Positions 1 to 13,132 of a DNA stretch of 64,000 nucleotides are shown piece by piece. Position 1 is the first letter of the stretch, and each line of letters opens with the position of its first letter. The DNA comes from Octopus vulgaris (lineage: Eukaryota): positions 115,382,001-115,446,000 of the forward strand of contig OX597815.1 of assembly GCA_951406725.2 (NCBI GenBank), given 5' to 3'. The notes beneath the pieces are model-generated. The model was not told where the DNA came from. It worked only from the letters and a program-made list of their open reading frames with translations, and made no database searches. A program made the position numbers and the translations under genes.

Positions 1-338
1 TCAACCTTTAAATAAGTGTTTTGCTTCCACTAGCAACAGCTATACATATCTTTCAGAAAGCTCTATACCAATTTAACTTTATGCAGCATTCACTGTTAGT
101 TTATGTGCAGGCTATGTGGGAAGACAGAATAAAGGGGCTTTTGTTAGCTTATCTCTCTAGAAAAAAGCTCCCTTTGCTGTTGAAAAAAAAAAAAACTTGC
201 AGAGGGGAAGTTTCAACGTCTTCCTCCAATTTCATTATGCCATTTCTGATAAGAAATTTTGCTTTCATGTAAAACAACTATATTTTGTAGTGATTATCCG
301 TAATCTATTCCCAACATACTTCAGTAGCTCTACTTTGC
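1..338. repeat. Dispersed repeat, copy 1 (copy 2 at 13756-14025)
   Basis: Long near-identical tracts shared with 13756-14025, e.g. ttgcttccactagcaacagctata and cagaggggaagtttcaacgtcttc. Confidence 0.85.
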
Positions 339-339
339 A

Positions 340-625
340 TCGAGGGTGTAATGGGTGCTTTTATGTGACACCAGTATCTGCCATGACTACAATTCACTTG
401 GCTTAATGGATCATCCTTCTCAAGCACAGCATATTGCCAAAGGTCTCAGTCATTTGTCATTGCCTCCATGAAGCCCAGCACTTGAAAGGTGCTTTTTACA
501 TGCCACTGGTACAGATTGCTAGTTCCACAATGCCATGACTCCGTGAAGCCCAGAGCTCAAAAGGTGCTCTTAACATGCCACCGACACGGGTGCCAGTTAT
601 GTGATACTGACAGCCACAACTATGA
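340..625 (-). mobile_element. RTE-LINE-related 3' repeat fragment
   Basis: Shares blocks (aattcacttggctt, gcacagcat..gcca.aggtct, aaaaggtg) with 57480-57620 and, inverted, with 48410-48790. Confidence 0.6.
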
Positions 626-2640
626 TTTTATGTGTGTGTGTGTGTGTGTGTGCATTAGTATCTATATGTTTGTCTCTCCCTAATTGATGTCATGTGATAG
701 TTGTAAATGATTTGTCACCATCATTCATTTTCACTATTTTACTCAAATATGTCTAGTTGTGAGGAAATATTACCTTACTTGGAAGCAGGTGAGCATTGGC
801 AAAAGGAAAGGCATTTAGCCATAGAAAAATCTACTTGAATAAAATGATGATGATGATGATAATGAATTACTTGGCTCCAATAGACTTTTGTTTGATTTTT
901 ACTATTGAAAGAAAAGTGTCAGGTTGGGTTGAAGCAAATTGAATTAAGCACATTATTCAACAGACTGTACCAGTGCTTGTAACTGATAAGCTCATGATAC
1001 TGGAATTAAGAAGATGATGCCATATCAGCTTATCCACTGTACTTCAAAATTTCATCCTTATCATCATCATCTATTTTATTCATGTTTTACACTGGTTTAG
1101 TAAGTGTCAGTGCATTTTAATTCCATATCATCTCGACAGAAACTGAATATCCCGTATTCACAAATTCAGTTGAACTGACACCTAATTTTTACTTGGATTT
1201 TCTAAAAGAATTAATGTATCTGTAGCATAATTAAACCTTCCTTAAAAATTATAATTTGTTTCTCTTGTTTTTTAATGGTAAACCTATTGGTTTATTTCTG
1301 AAAACTTTATCCAAAATACCTGAAAGTGTAGCCTGTATTGTGTTTATATGGAAAGATAGTCACTCATCTGCTACTCATTGAAAATTGAAAGAAATTGGGA
1401 TATGATGATTACTTAACACACTTTATATATGCACTTTTTATACTTTATGCACAATTTTATAGACTTAAAACACAGCACTCATAAAATAAATATTCATTCT
1501 TATTTTTCCATTTTTTCCATAAACAAAACAAATTATTCCATACATATGATACAACCTTTAGTTAAATTGCATATATATATGCCACATAAATACGCATGAA
1601 TATTTCATGGAATTGCACTTATGCACATGCGTTAAGTGATAAGTGATATAAAAAAACTTAGTTCAATTAAAAAGAATACACTTTGCACTATGCAATCACC
1701 ACTGCCCCCCCCCCCCATCACCACCACCACAATCATCATCTCTCTTTCTCCCTCTCTCCCTTCTCTCTCTACCCTTCTTTAACCTCACCATCAGAATATC
1801 CCCTCTGCTAAAATTATACCTCTAACTGTCTCTATATCACTAGCTCTTCAATTAACATTTTTAACCATGCCGTAAATATTATGCTCCCCCCACCTCATGT
1901 CATTTTTTTTATTCTCCTTCTGTCTCATTCTTCACCTTATCCTCTATTTCTCTCTCCTTTTTCTTTCTCCTCTATTTCCCTTCAACTAATCACATGAAAG
2001 TATTACAATTACATTCCCTCTACTTCACATCATGAATGCTTCTCCCTCTCTCTTTTTCTCTCGCCCTCTTTTCTTTCTCCCTCTTTTTCTCTAATCACAT
2101 GAAAGCGTTACCAACAGGCTAAGTAACACAATGACAAGCAGAATTACCATAAGATTGTTATTTTAAGGTTCATGCAAGTTGGCAGAAGATGGAAAAAAGC
2201 AGCCGCAATGCCTTCCTGTATTTAATTATGTTGTTTTATGTAGGAGTTCACCACCATCCCCTCAGTTTTGAAGTAGACAACATATATATACATCAAATAA
2301 AATGATAAAATTGACTACTTTTTATCCACAACTTGGTGGTAATAGTTTTGTGTTAGAATCATTATTGTTAAGCCAGTGAGCTGGCTGAGTTATTAACATG
2401 TTGGACGAAATGCTTAAAAGCATTTCTTCCAGGTTTCTTCATACTGAATATGTGTTCAAATATCACACCTAGGTCAAATCTTCTTTTCGTCTGTGTGAGT
2501 GTGTGCATATATTTATAGACATGCATGTATATGTATGTGTGTGTATGGATAAATATATATATATATATTCATGTATATATACATATATATCTATGTATAT
2601 ATATACATGCATATGTATGTATATACATATATACATCATA

Positions 2641-2962
2641 AGTGGAAAGTGTAACCTCTCGAAAGAGCTGTTCTTCACTCCTGCTCCAGAGCGTCGGCTG
2701 CGGGGTCATTCTGAAACGCTCTATCTGCGACGATTTCATCTCAATCGAAGGAGAGGGGCTCTCTCCGTCCAGGTTGCGGATCCGTGGAATAAGCTGCCAG
2801 ACGAGACGGTGAAGATGCCGACGACCGCTCGGTTCAAAGTCTCCCTTGACCTCAAGTGGCCTGAACTCTTTACATGAACACCACCCTGTACATAACTCCA
2901 TGTTCCCCTACATGGCCTTGCTTTTTGCTTTTTGAGCCAAAAAAATTAACTAACTAACTAAC
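2641..2962 (+). mobile_element. 3' end of a CR1/L2-group LINE (5'-truncated)
   Basis: Encodes LRGHSETL...RRGALSVQVADPWNKLPDETVKMPTTARFKVSLD, the typical CR1-type ORF2 C-terminus, then a 3' UTR ending in (TAAC)n. Embedded in (TA)n-rich DNA. Confidence 0.85.
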
Positions 2963-3004
2963 ATGTGTGCGTATGTGTGTATGTATATATGCATATATGT
3001 ATAT

Positions 3005-3045
<41 letters not shown>

Positions 3046-3049
3046 TATA

Positions 3050-3100
<51 letters not shown>

Positions 3101-3110
3101 GTATATATAT

Positions 3111-4655
3111 AATAATAATAATAATGAAATTATTGTATACAGTGCACAGGTGCACCACAACTTGTCAGAAAGTACATATAAAGTACATGCAGTAATGTAA
3201 AAATGTCTGGAAAGCGAACAATGTATGAGTTAGATACATGCTTGTGTGTGTATGGAGGGGAGAAAATCAGGTGTAGTGTTGGCAAATCTCAGAAAACATG
3301 GAAGTTTTGAAGGATGCAGTACTCCGACAACTAACAACTGATGCCAGCAGTTTGTTCCATACTTCAGCAATTCTCAGTGTGAAAAAATGTTTCCTGAAGT
3401 CATGGGAGCTGTGCTGTTTTCTGACTTTGTAAATATGTCCACGGGTGTTAGATGGGTGGTGTTTGAAAAGGTGCTCAGAGTTATTGTTTATACGATGGTT
3501 GATAATTTTATGGGTGTCTGCCAAGTCAGCTGCCAGGCGTCGGAGTTTCAATGTGTCAATGCCCAGGGAAGTAAGGCGTTCAGGATATGGTAAATGCCTG
3601 ATGGTGGGTATTCTTTTGGTTGCACGTCGCTGAACGGCTTCCAGACAATTGATATCCTGGGCAAGATAGGGGTTCCAGACCGGTGATGCAAATTCCAGGT
3701 GAGGTCTTACCATAGCTATATAAAGCCGCAGATAGATAGCCGGAGAGCGGCTCACAAAGGATTTTGTGAGTGATGCCAAGACATCCTCAGCCTTCTTGAC
3801 AATTTTAGCAATGTGTTTTGTCCAACGCAAATCACTGTCGACAATAACACCCAAGTCACGTTCACATGAAGACTTTTTGAGACTAGCGTTGTGGAGGGAG
3901 TAGGTGGACGCTGGGTTTCTCCTCCCAAAATGCATGGTGGTACATTTGTCCACAGCCAGTTTGAGTTGCCAGTCCATGATCCACTGCTGCATTGTGTCCA
4001 GGTCTACTTGCAATAGAGATCTATAGGGTACAGGATCTGACCTCTTTATTTCGAGGTACAGCTTGATGTCATCTGCATATTTCAGCACTGTGGCATTCTT
4101 TAAGTTGGCATCTATGTCATTAACATATGCAACAAATAAAAGGGGGCCAAGAACAGATCCCTGTGGTACACCAAATGTCATCTCATAGGGCGAAGAGTGC
4201 TGTCCTAGAACTGTGACAACCTCTTTTCGGCCGAAAATAAAGGACTTCAACCAGTTATAGAGTTCGTCTCTTACACCCAACACAGAAAGCTTCACCATAA
4301 GTCTTTTGTGTGGCACAGAGTTAAAAGCCTTAGCAAAGTCCAGGTAAACAACATCCACCCAGGATCTGCAATCAGTGATTTGGGTAACGTCCTCAAGAAA
4401 CTCGATGAGTTGGTTACAGCAGCTGGAGTTAGGAATAAATCCAAATTGTGATGGCTGGATGAGGCTGTGAGACTTCCAGAAGTTCCAGAGGGTTTCTCTG
4501 ATACAGGATTCCATCAGTTTGGTGATGCAGCTAGTAAGACTGATGGGGCGATAGTTGACAGGCGATGTGCGGTCGCCTTTTTTGAACAGAGGGATGACAC
4601 TGGCAGTTTTCCACTGTTCTGGAGTAACACCATTGTCAAGACAGAATTGGAAGAA
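3111..4655 (-). mobile_element. CR1-group LINE, 5'-truncated, with an uninterrupted reverse transcriptase frame
   Basis: Frame open from about 4655: [67 protein letters not shown]. (ATT)n tail at 3111-3125; (TA)n on both flanks. Confidence 0.95.
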
Positions 4656-4818
4656 TATATATATGTATATAAATATATGTATATATCATCATCATCATCA
4701 TCATCGTTTAACGTCCGTTCTCCATGCTAGCATGGGTTGGACGGTATATATATATATGTATAAATATGTATATGTATATATCTATATGTATATATATGTA
4801 TATATGTATATACATATG

Positions 4819-4849
<31 letters not shown>

Positions 4850-4953
4850 GTATATATAATTTATATGTATATATATATATGTGTATATATGTGTGTATAT
4901 ATATATATATATATGTGTGTATATATGTATATATATGTATGTATGTATGTATG

Positions 4954-5015
<62 letters not shown>

Positions 5016-5074
5016 ACAGAATGAGATAAAAATCCAAGGCTGTGAAAGATTTCAGAACATTTATAAAGAGAAGG

Positions 5075-5120
5075 TCTTACAACTGTTTCCGGGATATTTT
5101 ATATATCCCTTCATCAGAGA
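5075..5120 (-). ncRNA. Minimal type-I hammerhead ribozyme motif in a Penelope-like terminal repeat (about 5011-5250)
   Basis: Minus strand: tct CTGATGA a gggatat-ataaa-atatccc g GAAA cagttg TA aga. Core intact, 7-bp stem II, near-palindromic stem III, 3-bp stem I. Confidence 0.7.
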
Positions 5121-5269
5121 TGGTGTGAGAAAATGCTTAAGCAATAGTTATCCTTGAGAAGATATGAAATAGGGGGAGAAGTGGAGGAATAAAAACAGAT
5201 GTGAGATATGCAGGGATATTGTATCTGCAGTTGCATTATTTAAGCAGAATTTTATACATATAAGTTTCC

Positions 5270-5635
5270 TGTACCTTGTGTGTAAGTTCCAATAGTATAA
5301 TAATAAGCATGCCTAACTTCGATATATTCTTCCTTAGTCCATCTTGTATTTCTATTTCTTCGAGATAGGTTTGGTAGTTGATCCTGAGTGTCAGTTTTGG
5401 GAATATTCCTGGTTTGATTTGCTACAGGTTGGTCCTGATTTAAAAAGATTTCAAGCTCAGTGTCAGAACCTAAGTTCACTGATGAACATGTTCTTCGAAC
5501 AACACAGATTCTAGGGGGTATTTCCATGGCTGGTATCCAGGACCGTGTTATAAGTGCACAGGGTTAACCAGTTGTCCCATTCCTTGAGTAAGGTTCAGAG
5601 GTCCCAGGTATCATCATTTTCTGGACTGGGGGATT
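5270..5635 (-). mobile_element. 5' fragment of an R4/Dong-like non-LTR element
   Basis: RRNRNTRWTKEEYIEVRHAYY resembles the R4/Dong N-terminal RxxWTxEE...YY motif; the 5' end abuts a (TAA)n tract. Confidence 0.5.
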
Positions 5636-7619
5636 TATTATTATTATTATTAACATGACATGCTGAAAAAATTATTTGTATGTTGGGCAAAATACATAGA
5701 AACATTTCTTTCAGCTCTTTGTATTCCGAGTTTAGATTCCACTGATGCTAACTTTGCCACGCATCTTTTGGAGGCCAATAAAATAAGTATCATTCTAGCA
5801 CTGGGATCAATGTAATCAACTTATCCCTCTCCTCAAAATTACTGGCCTTGTGCTAAAATTTGAAAGAATTATTATTACATTTAGAATGGTGGGATTGACA
5901 GAATAGCTAGAATGTCAGGCAAAATGTCTTGAAGCATTTCTTCCAATTTTTCACATTCTGAGTTAAAATACCACTGGGGTCAAACTTTGTCTTTTATCCC
6001 TTCAGGGTCAATAAAATGAAGTGCCAGTTAAGTTCTGAAGTCAATGGTATCAACTTAACCCTTCTGAAAATTGTTGGCCTTGTGCCTAAATGGGAAACAA
6101 TCATCATTATCATCACCATTACTATCATCGTCATCATCATCATCATTATTATTTGTGGAGAGAAAGTTGATCTAAAAACTCATTATGTCAATTTCATGTA
6201 AAGGAACATGATTTCTGATTTATGGTATACAGGAAATGAAATATATTGACAGATTTTTCCCTTCTACAACCTTGCATCTAGAGAACAGTTTCTTGTGCTA
6301 ATAAACTATTTCACTAGAGACTCAAATTATCTGTTATAATGTGTGCACACTATATGTATAATGAGGTTTGAATAACAGTTCATGTAAACTGTGTATTATA
6401 CAAACAATAAATCACAATTATCATTGTGAAGTTTGCATCTCAGGTTAATTTTTTTCTATTCATTCAGTCTCTCACGGTGGCCCCAAAGTGTATTTTTGAG
6501 CTATCACACACACACACACACATATACACATTATGGACAAGAATGGAAAAAACGTATGCTTCAGGGCATCACTGCATGTGTTTCCTTAGCATGTGTATTT
6601 CAAACTCAAGCACAAATGCATCACTTAATAGGTATCATATAACATTATGTAAGTTCGTAATTTCACAAATTGCTATTTCTTCAGGTGGTGGTCTGCTAAA
6701 CATTTCCCTGGTTATCACTCACCAAATATTTTAGTGATGTATGTCTAGCTAAAAATACATGGAGGTGCTTCTATGTTACTTTGCTCACATATAATTGATC
6801 CACAATGTTTTACTATATATATATATATATATGATTATTTGTAGGATTCATTTGAATCAAGGTATTATAATAATAAGTACACCAAGTTAGGGTTGAGTTC
6901 AGCATATCTGTGTATTTACCGTATACAGACACTCCCACATATATCCATGCATATATGAATATGTCCAAACACTTACACAAACATGTGCATGAACACATCA
7001 ATATATGCATATATATAAATATACATGTGTATGAAATATATACCCATGCACATCAGCATGCAGTTTCACGATCCACTGTGGGTTCAAGATCCAATGTAGG
7101 GAAGGTTCCAAGTGAGGTGATTACATGTCCTTTCTATATATAAATGTGTGTGTATGGATAAAGACATATGAAGACAACAGAAACATTCTAAGCCAGAAGT
7201 TATTCCACTGGATCAATGGTGAGAGGTCAGGGAAGATGTCTGTATCTTCTTGTATCCACATAGGCATCTAAAACAATAAGTGAAAGTATAGTATGTGCTA
7301 TTTAGTCATCCTCAATTTTGAACGATGGCTATACTAGTAGTCATAGTATATACTTACATATATGGAATAATTCAAAAGTTCTGTCAACAGTGATATAAAC
7401 TGGCTAACAACAAAAGTAAGCTGAGCTTGTGGATATATGCCTCATCTCCCAACTTACTATCTCCTCCTCACACATCTCCCTCTTCACACAGCATCTACTC
7501 ACTAATTAAACCCTCTCTTTTGTTGACCAATACAGCTTGCCAGCTACCCGGTCACTTTGGGCAATTGAACTAGGTATGCTCAACAATATGCGTGTGTGCG
7601 TGCATATATATATATATAT

Positions 7620-7840
7620 TTTACTTTACTCTCTTTTACTATTTTACTTGTTTCAGTCATTTGACTGTGGCCATGCTGGAGCACCGCCTTTAGTCGAGCA
7701 ACTCGACCCTGGGACTTATTCTTTGTAAGCCCAGTACTTATTCTATCAGTCTGTTTTGCCGAACCGCTAAGTAACGGGGACATAAATACACCAGCATCGG
7801 TTGTCAAGCAATGCTAGGACAAACATAGACATACACGCAC
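7620..7840 (-). mobile_element. tRNA-derived SINE family A, 3' half
   Basis: Nearly identical to 43357-43570 (cagtcatttgactgtggccatgctggagcaccgcctttagtcg...). Confidence 0.85.
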
Positions 7841-7853
7841 ATATATATATATA

Positions 7854-8167
7854 TGGCGATCTTTCGCTTGTAGCAGCACGCCTCCGTCGATGACTTCCGC
7901 AAAAAACTTTTATTCCTTCACACATGGGCCCGCGGGAACACTTGAAGTAACGAGAGCGAAAGAGACCAAGAGAAAGCGATTCTATGATGAGGGAATCTCT
8001 CTTGAAGCCACCGACGCACTGATGCACATGCGTGTGCATTTGATGGGGTGCGGGAGACAGACAGTATGTTGTGCAAGTGAAGCGCCTCTGCTAGTGTGTG
8101 TGAAGAGACAGAGAGAGCAATGTGTGAAAGAGAGAGACAACATTATATAATACATAATCTTTACACA
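7854..8167 (-). mobile_element. Probable solo LTR
   Basis: About 310-bp CpG-rich island bounded by TG...CA, with minus-strand AATAAA about 55 nt before the end. No clear target-site duplication. Confidence 0.45.
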
Positions 8168-8564
8168 TTTCACTTGTGAATATTACTATGTTGTGTGATA
8201 ATTGTTATGTAGATGATTGCATAATCACATAGAAACATCTGATTTAGTAATTTAATCCATTATTTACCAACATAAGTAGGTTGAAATTGATAAGTTGGAA
8301 CTAATAATAATTATCATTATTATTATTATTATTTCAATTTTTTTTTCCACAAGGGCGGCTTGGGAGGTGGGGATGAGTCGGTTACATCTACCCCACTGTT
8401 CAACCGGTACTTATTTTATTGATCCCCAAAAAGGATGAAAGGCAAAATCAACCTTGGTGGAATTTGATCTCAGAACATAACGACAGATGAAATACTGCTA
8501 AGCATTTCACCCAGAGTGCTAATGATTCTGCCAGCTTGCTGCCTTCAATAATAATAATATTAAT

Positions 8565-9190
8565 AATAAAGCTTCAAAAGCACTCCTGATGTGTGGATAT
8601 TAAAAACCCTTGAAATATACAAGAGTCTCCAGTAATCTCTTCCTTTGACATGGTGTGACAAAATGGACTACATCTCTCTTTTTAAGCCACAATAATGGAG
8701 ATATGTCATCAAACAAAATCAAAATAAATTGTAGAATTTTCCAAGCTGATTCTCTTTTATGTCTTTTCTTCTGTGTGGCACTCTTCCCACTTTTTAGTGA
8801 ACTGAATAATATAGGGTACTGATACAAACAAAGAAACAATAACATCAAAATCAGTCACTTATTCTTTATGAATGACCTGAAATTATATGCTAAGCATGAT
8901 TAAGTGTTGGAAGGAATTGTAACCACAGTAAAGTAGTTTAACAGCAATATAGGAATGGAATTGTAACTTGAAAAGTGTGCAAAAGCAACTATCAAGATGG
9001 GAAAGGTCACTGAAACGCTGCCCATCAAACTTGACCAAGACACCACTATACAAGAACAGGATCTTGAGGGCACTTATAAATATTTAGGTAAAAGCAAGGA
9101 TGACAGAATCTAACTTACCATATGAAGGAAAAGATCCAAAAAGAGTATTACAAAAGAGTACAGCTGGTTAGCAATCAGTATATTAACTGT
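8565..9190 (+). mobile_element. Degenerate R4/Dong-like RT fragment
   Basis: KISHLFFMNDLKLYAK (YMDD box), LEKCAKATIKMGK and YKYLG, with stops and frameshifts; follows a (TAA)n tract. Confidence 0.65.
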
Positions 9191-9576
9191 ATCTGTTGCA
9201 GGATGGTTGTGTGGATACAAGCTTCCCAGCCAAAATGTTGACTTTTCATATCTTAAATGCTGGGATTGTGCCACACCTCTGGAAGATACAAATTAATAGT
9301 CTAAAGATAAATACACTTCTCTGTTAATTGATATCATTAAAGCATTTGTAAATTGATACCATGCAGAGCACTTTACTGCTCACTGCTGTATAACTGATAT
9401 AATTTCATTTGCTTGCAAAACTGGGCTCAAATTCTCCCATATACGGAAAATTAGTATGGCAACTTTGGGTTACAAAACATAAATATTATTGTTACAGGGA
9501 AGCGGGCTTTTGAAAAAAAAGACAAACAAGGCAAAACCTTGTTGATTACATAATGGATGGCAGTTGCATGCTTTAG

Positions 9577-9826
9577 GTTCACAACCAATTTTTACCTATA
9601 GACCCCTTTGATTCCTTTTTTACTCAGATGAACCCTCATAGCCATTCTATGCTTTAAAAATTCTTATCATATTTTTATAATTAAATATTATTTGGAATTG
9701 TATAAAAAAGAATTGTTAAAATATTTTGTTTGGTAGGAGTATAACCAATTTATTGTACATAAAATTTAATTGTAAAATCTTATATGAACTGCCAAGGGCC
9801 ATATGGACCCTGGTTGAGAACCACTG
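9577..9826. mobile_element. hAT-type MITE
   Basis: Right TIR ggttgagaaccactg, eroded left TIR ggttcacaacc; ctttagg on both flanks as a TSD remnant. Confidence 0.6.
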
Positions 9827-10257
9827 CTTTAGGGTCTGATCAAATATATTGAACACTTAAGTCATTGAACATATAAAGGAGATGTTTTATATAAAAATAC
9901 TCTCAATATTACTTGAACATTATTCTTTCCTTCTTGTTTTTGAGAAATAGTAATCAGATTCTCATCTATATCATGTACAATTTCTTTAATGCTCAATTAA
10001 TTACCAATTTCCTTAAAGTGAGCATTCATTTTCATTATCATTCATACTTTATATCCTGGTTTTATTTCCTCTTATCAATTTAAAAAAAAAATATTACTTC
10101 CTATAACTTAGTTCAGTCATAATATTCTTCATTAGATATGTACATAACATTTTATAAAATGAGATACCCTGTTTACTTAATATAATTGTGTATTTACTCT
10201 ATATTATTAATCCTGTTTTCTTAACAGTAAATTTTGTACATTTTTTTTTCATCTGTT

Positions 10258-10378
10258 TACTAGCAGCCTTGTCCGGGATTAAGTTACAATTATTAAGCTA
10301 ATCAAGTTCTTTATTTCAAACCAAACTAAGTAATATAGACATCAAATTTGGGTGAAATCTGTTGAAATTAGTTATATA

Positions 10379-10429
<51 letters not shown>

Positions 10430-10985
10430 AATATATATGGGCAACAGACACGAACACACATACACACACGTACATACGTACACCTATTGCATGTTTTGTG
10501 CAGGCATACATGTTCATAAACAGAAATGAATGGAAAAAATGTTGTTAAATTTGTAGATTAACACTCGCACGATTTCCACTAAAGTATATATACTATGATT
10601 ATAAAATATAGTGTCTTTCAAAAACAAAAAACAAAACATTTTATTTTTTATGAACGTCATAACTTACTCTCTCTGTCTCTCCCTCTCTCACTTTGTCTTT
10701 CCCGTGAAACTCTCTGCCTCCTTCTCCCACTTTTCTTCATCTTATTTTTTTTTTGTTAGATGTCATAAAAAAAGCCAAGGTTGATATATTTTGTGGCTAA
10801 AAACTATGTCTGAAAATAGATATTTACGCTACCCACGGGTGCCTCGGGGAAAAAAATAAGTTGACAAAACTCAGATAGGATGTTGACAAATGTCCTCCTA
10901 AAATTGGAGCGACATGCATGCTAATTTGTGGACGTGCATAAATTACAATCACGTACATACACACACATCCTCCCTTTTATAGATA
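10258..10985 (+). mobile_element. Possible DINE-1/Lep1-like non-autonomous Helitron/Helentron
   Basis: Starts actagcagcc..tccggg; near its end has a short hairpin (ccacgggtgcctcgggg), a microsatellite and ttttatagata. Called on architecture only. Confidence 0.35.
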
Positions 10986-12410
10986 TGATACATATACATT
11001 TGGTTTTAAAGACATACTTCATCAGATACAATTAAGATGTCCAACCCTTGTGACACTATATGGAGCATTAAAAAGTTGTTTTGTGATGCATGAACTCTTG
11101 GTCTTGATTAGTATAAATCAAATACATATGCACACACCCAACCTATTTTATTATTGAACTTTATTGTACTTTTTCTTTATCAGATACTAACATATACACA
11201 GGAGTAATAATAATAAAATTGATTTTAAAAATGCCAGTGGTAATGATAATAATAGCAATAATAATAATCCTTTCTACTAAAGGCACAAGGCCTGAAATTT
11301 TGTGGTGGGAAGGGGACTAGTTTATTACATCAACCCCAGTGTTTCACTGGTGGTTAATTTACCAACCTTGAAAGGATGACGGGAAAAGACAACCTCCGTG
11401 GAATTTGAACTCAGAACATAGTGGCAGATGAAATACTGCTAAGCATTTCACCCAGTGTGCTAAAGAGTCTGCCTGCTCACCACATCAGTAATAATGATAA
11501 CATTAACGATAGTAACAATAATAATAAAAATAATAGCAATAATAAGAATAGTTCTGAACAAAATTTCATTCACTTCAGTTAGCACATTTAAGTGCAAGTG
11601 TGTGCACGCACACACACACACACACCTATATACATACATATATAATCTCACTAAGGTCAATTTTGCCATTCATCCTTTCAGTGGGAGGCGGAGTCAATAA
11701 ATACAAGCAGTACACTTTTGTATGTTGCACTTTGGCTTGCAGCCATGCCGTAGCACTATCTCCAAGTCTTTTACTTGATTTTATCAATCTTCAGTAATTT
11801 GACTGGTGCTTGTTTTATAAATCTCTGTCTATCAAATGGCTAAGTTCACCTAACTTGGCAGACTACAGGTAGTTTTCCTTTTGACATATTGATTTATTGG
11901 CTGTCCCTTAAATAAAATAAAATTACAATGTTTGTAGAATGATGTAAGAAAGATACTGATTGATAGAACCTCAAGTATGTAATATAATGAATTGAATGAC
12001 TTCAGTTAACTGAGATTATCCATACAATTAGTAGCATAACCTCCCTCTAAAAGGATGCAAAATCACGTGTAACAAAAAGCAAGGGAAATATCTCCTAGAA
12101 GGATCAATTGCTGTGAGGTTTAGAAGCACAGATATGACATGGTTAATAAGTTTGCTTGACAGCCACATAATTTCTAGTTCAATCCCACTACATGACACTT
12201 TGGCAAGTATCTTCTATTACCGTGCTCTGCAACCTTTTTCCACTTGCACTACACTTATAGTCTTTTCAAAATTCAGCAGCACACCTGAACTAAAAATATA
12301 ACTAAAAGTATAGGGAAAAAAATTATATTCAGGTTACACTGCAGAACACTTAATATTGCATTGTGGCACACCAGTGTGCTGCAGCAGGCCAGTTGCAGAG
12401 CACTGTTCTA

Positions 12411-13011
12411 TCAGGCTGAGTAAAAAGTAGGCGACGTTTTGAAACATGAAATTCATCACAATATATTTCAACAATGCAGAAATTTTATTCATCAAAGTAA
12501 GTACCATTACAATCTACACATTTTTGCCACCGAGTTACAAGTTTGTTTTTCCGGTAATATAAAAATCTGGAGTTCTTCTGCCAGTTCTCAAGTGTCTTTA
12601 CATGGATCTTTCTCAATGACATTCTTAATTGACTATCATTGATGACAGATGGACGTTCACTATGCTCACAATCTTCATGGCTCAGGTCTCTACTGTGAAA
12701 TCGTTTAAACCATTTTCGAGCTGACCACTCACTGGTAATTTCCTCATTGATATCAAAGAGTTTCAACTGCTTTATGTCCTTTTTTGAAGTTGAATAGCTA
12801 AATTGCTTGAATATCGTGCTTTGACAATTCCATTTCAGATGGTTGTAACAACGGTGAAAAAAATATCAATGTTATTGATGCATTTGGGCAAGTCTATGTC
12901 TGTATTATCAGACAATTGCAAAAAAGTGTCTTAAAAAATTTCAAAACTCTGTAAAAATCCGGTACAAATTTTCCATGGTTCAAAATGTTGCATACTTTTT
13001 ACTCAACCTGA
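12411..13011 (-). mobile_element. Internally deleted mariner element
   Basis: About 40-bp imperfect TIRs (tcaggctgagtaaaaagtaggcgacgttttgaa / ttcaaaatgttgcatactttttactcaacctga) with TA on both sides. HTH remnant (SARKWFKRF...DLSHED.E.SERP) joined to C-terminus KLVTRWQKCVDCNGTYFDE. Confidence 0.92.
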
Positions 13012-13066
13012 TATTATACTACAGGCCAACCAGTACTTTGTGATTGAATTTGGTTGCTGGAAACTG

Positions 13067-13132
<66 letters not shown>

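Noticed and set aside
2469-5157. Many 60-200 aa ORFs rich in Y/I/C/V/M/H/T (also at 13003-15259, 36111-36542, 45447-48029, 56672-56909)
   Set aside because: They are translations of (TA)n, (TG)n and (ATGT)n microsatellites, not genes.
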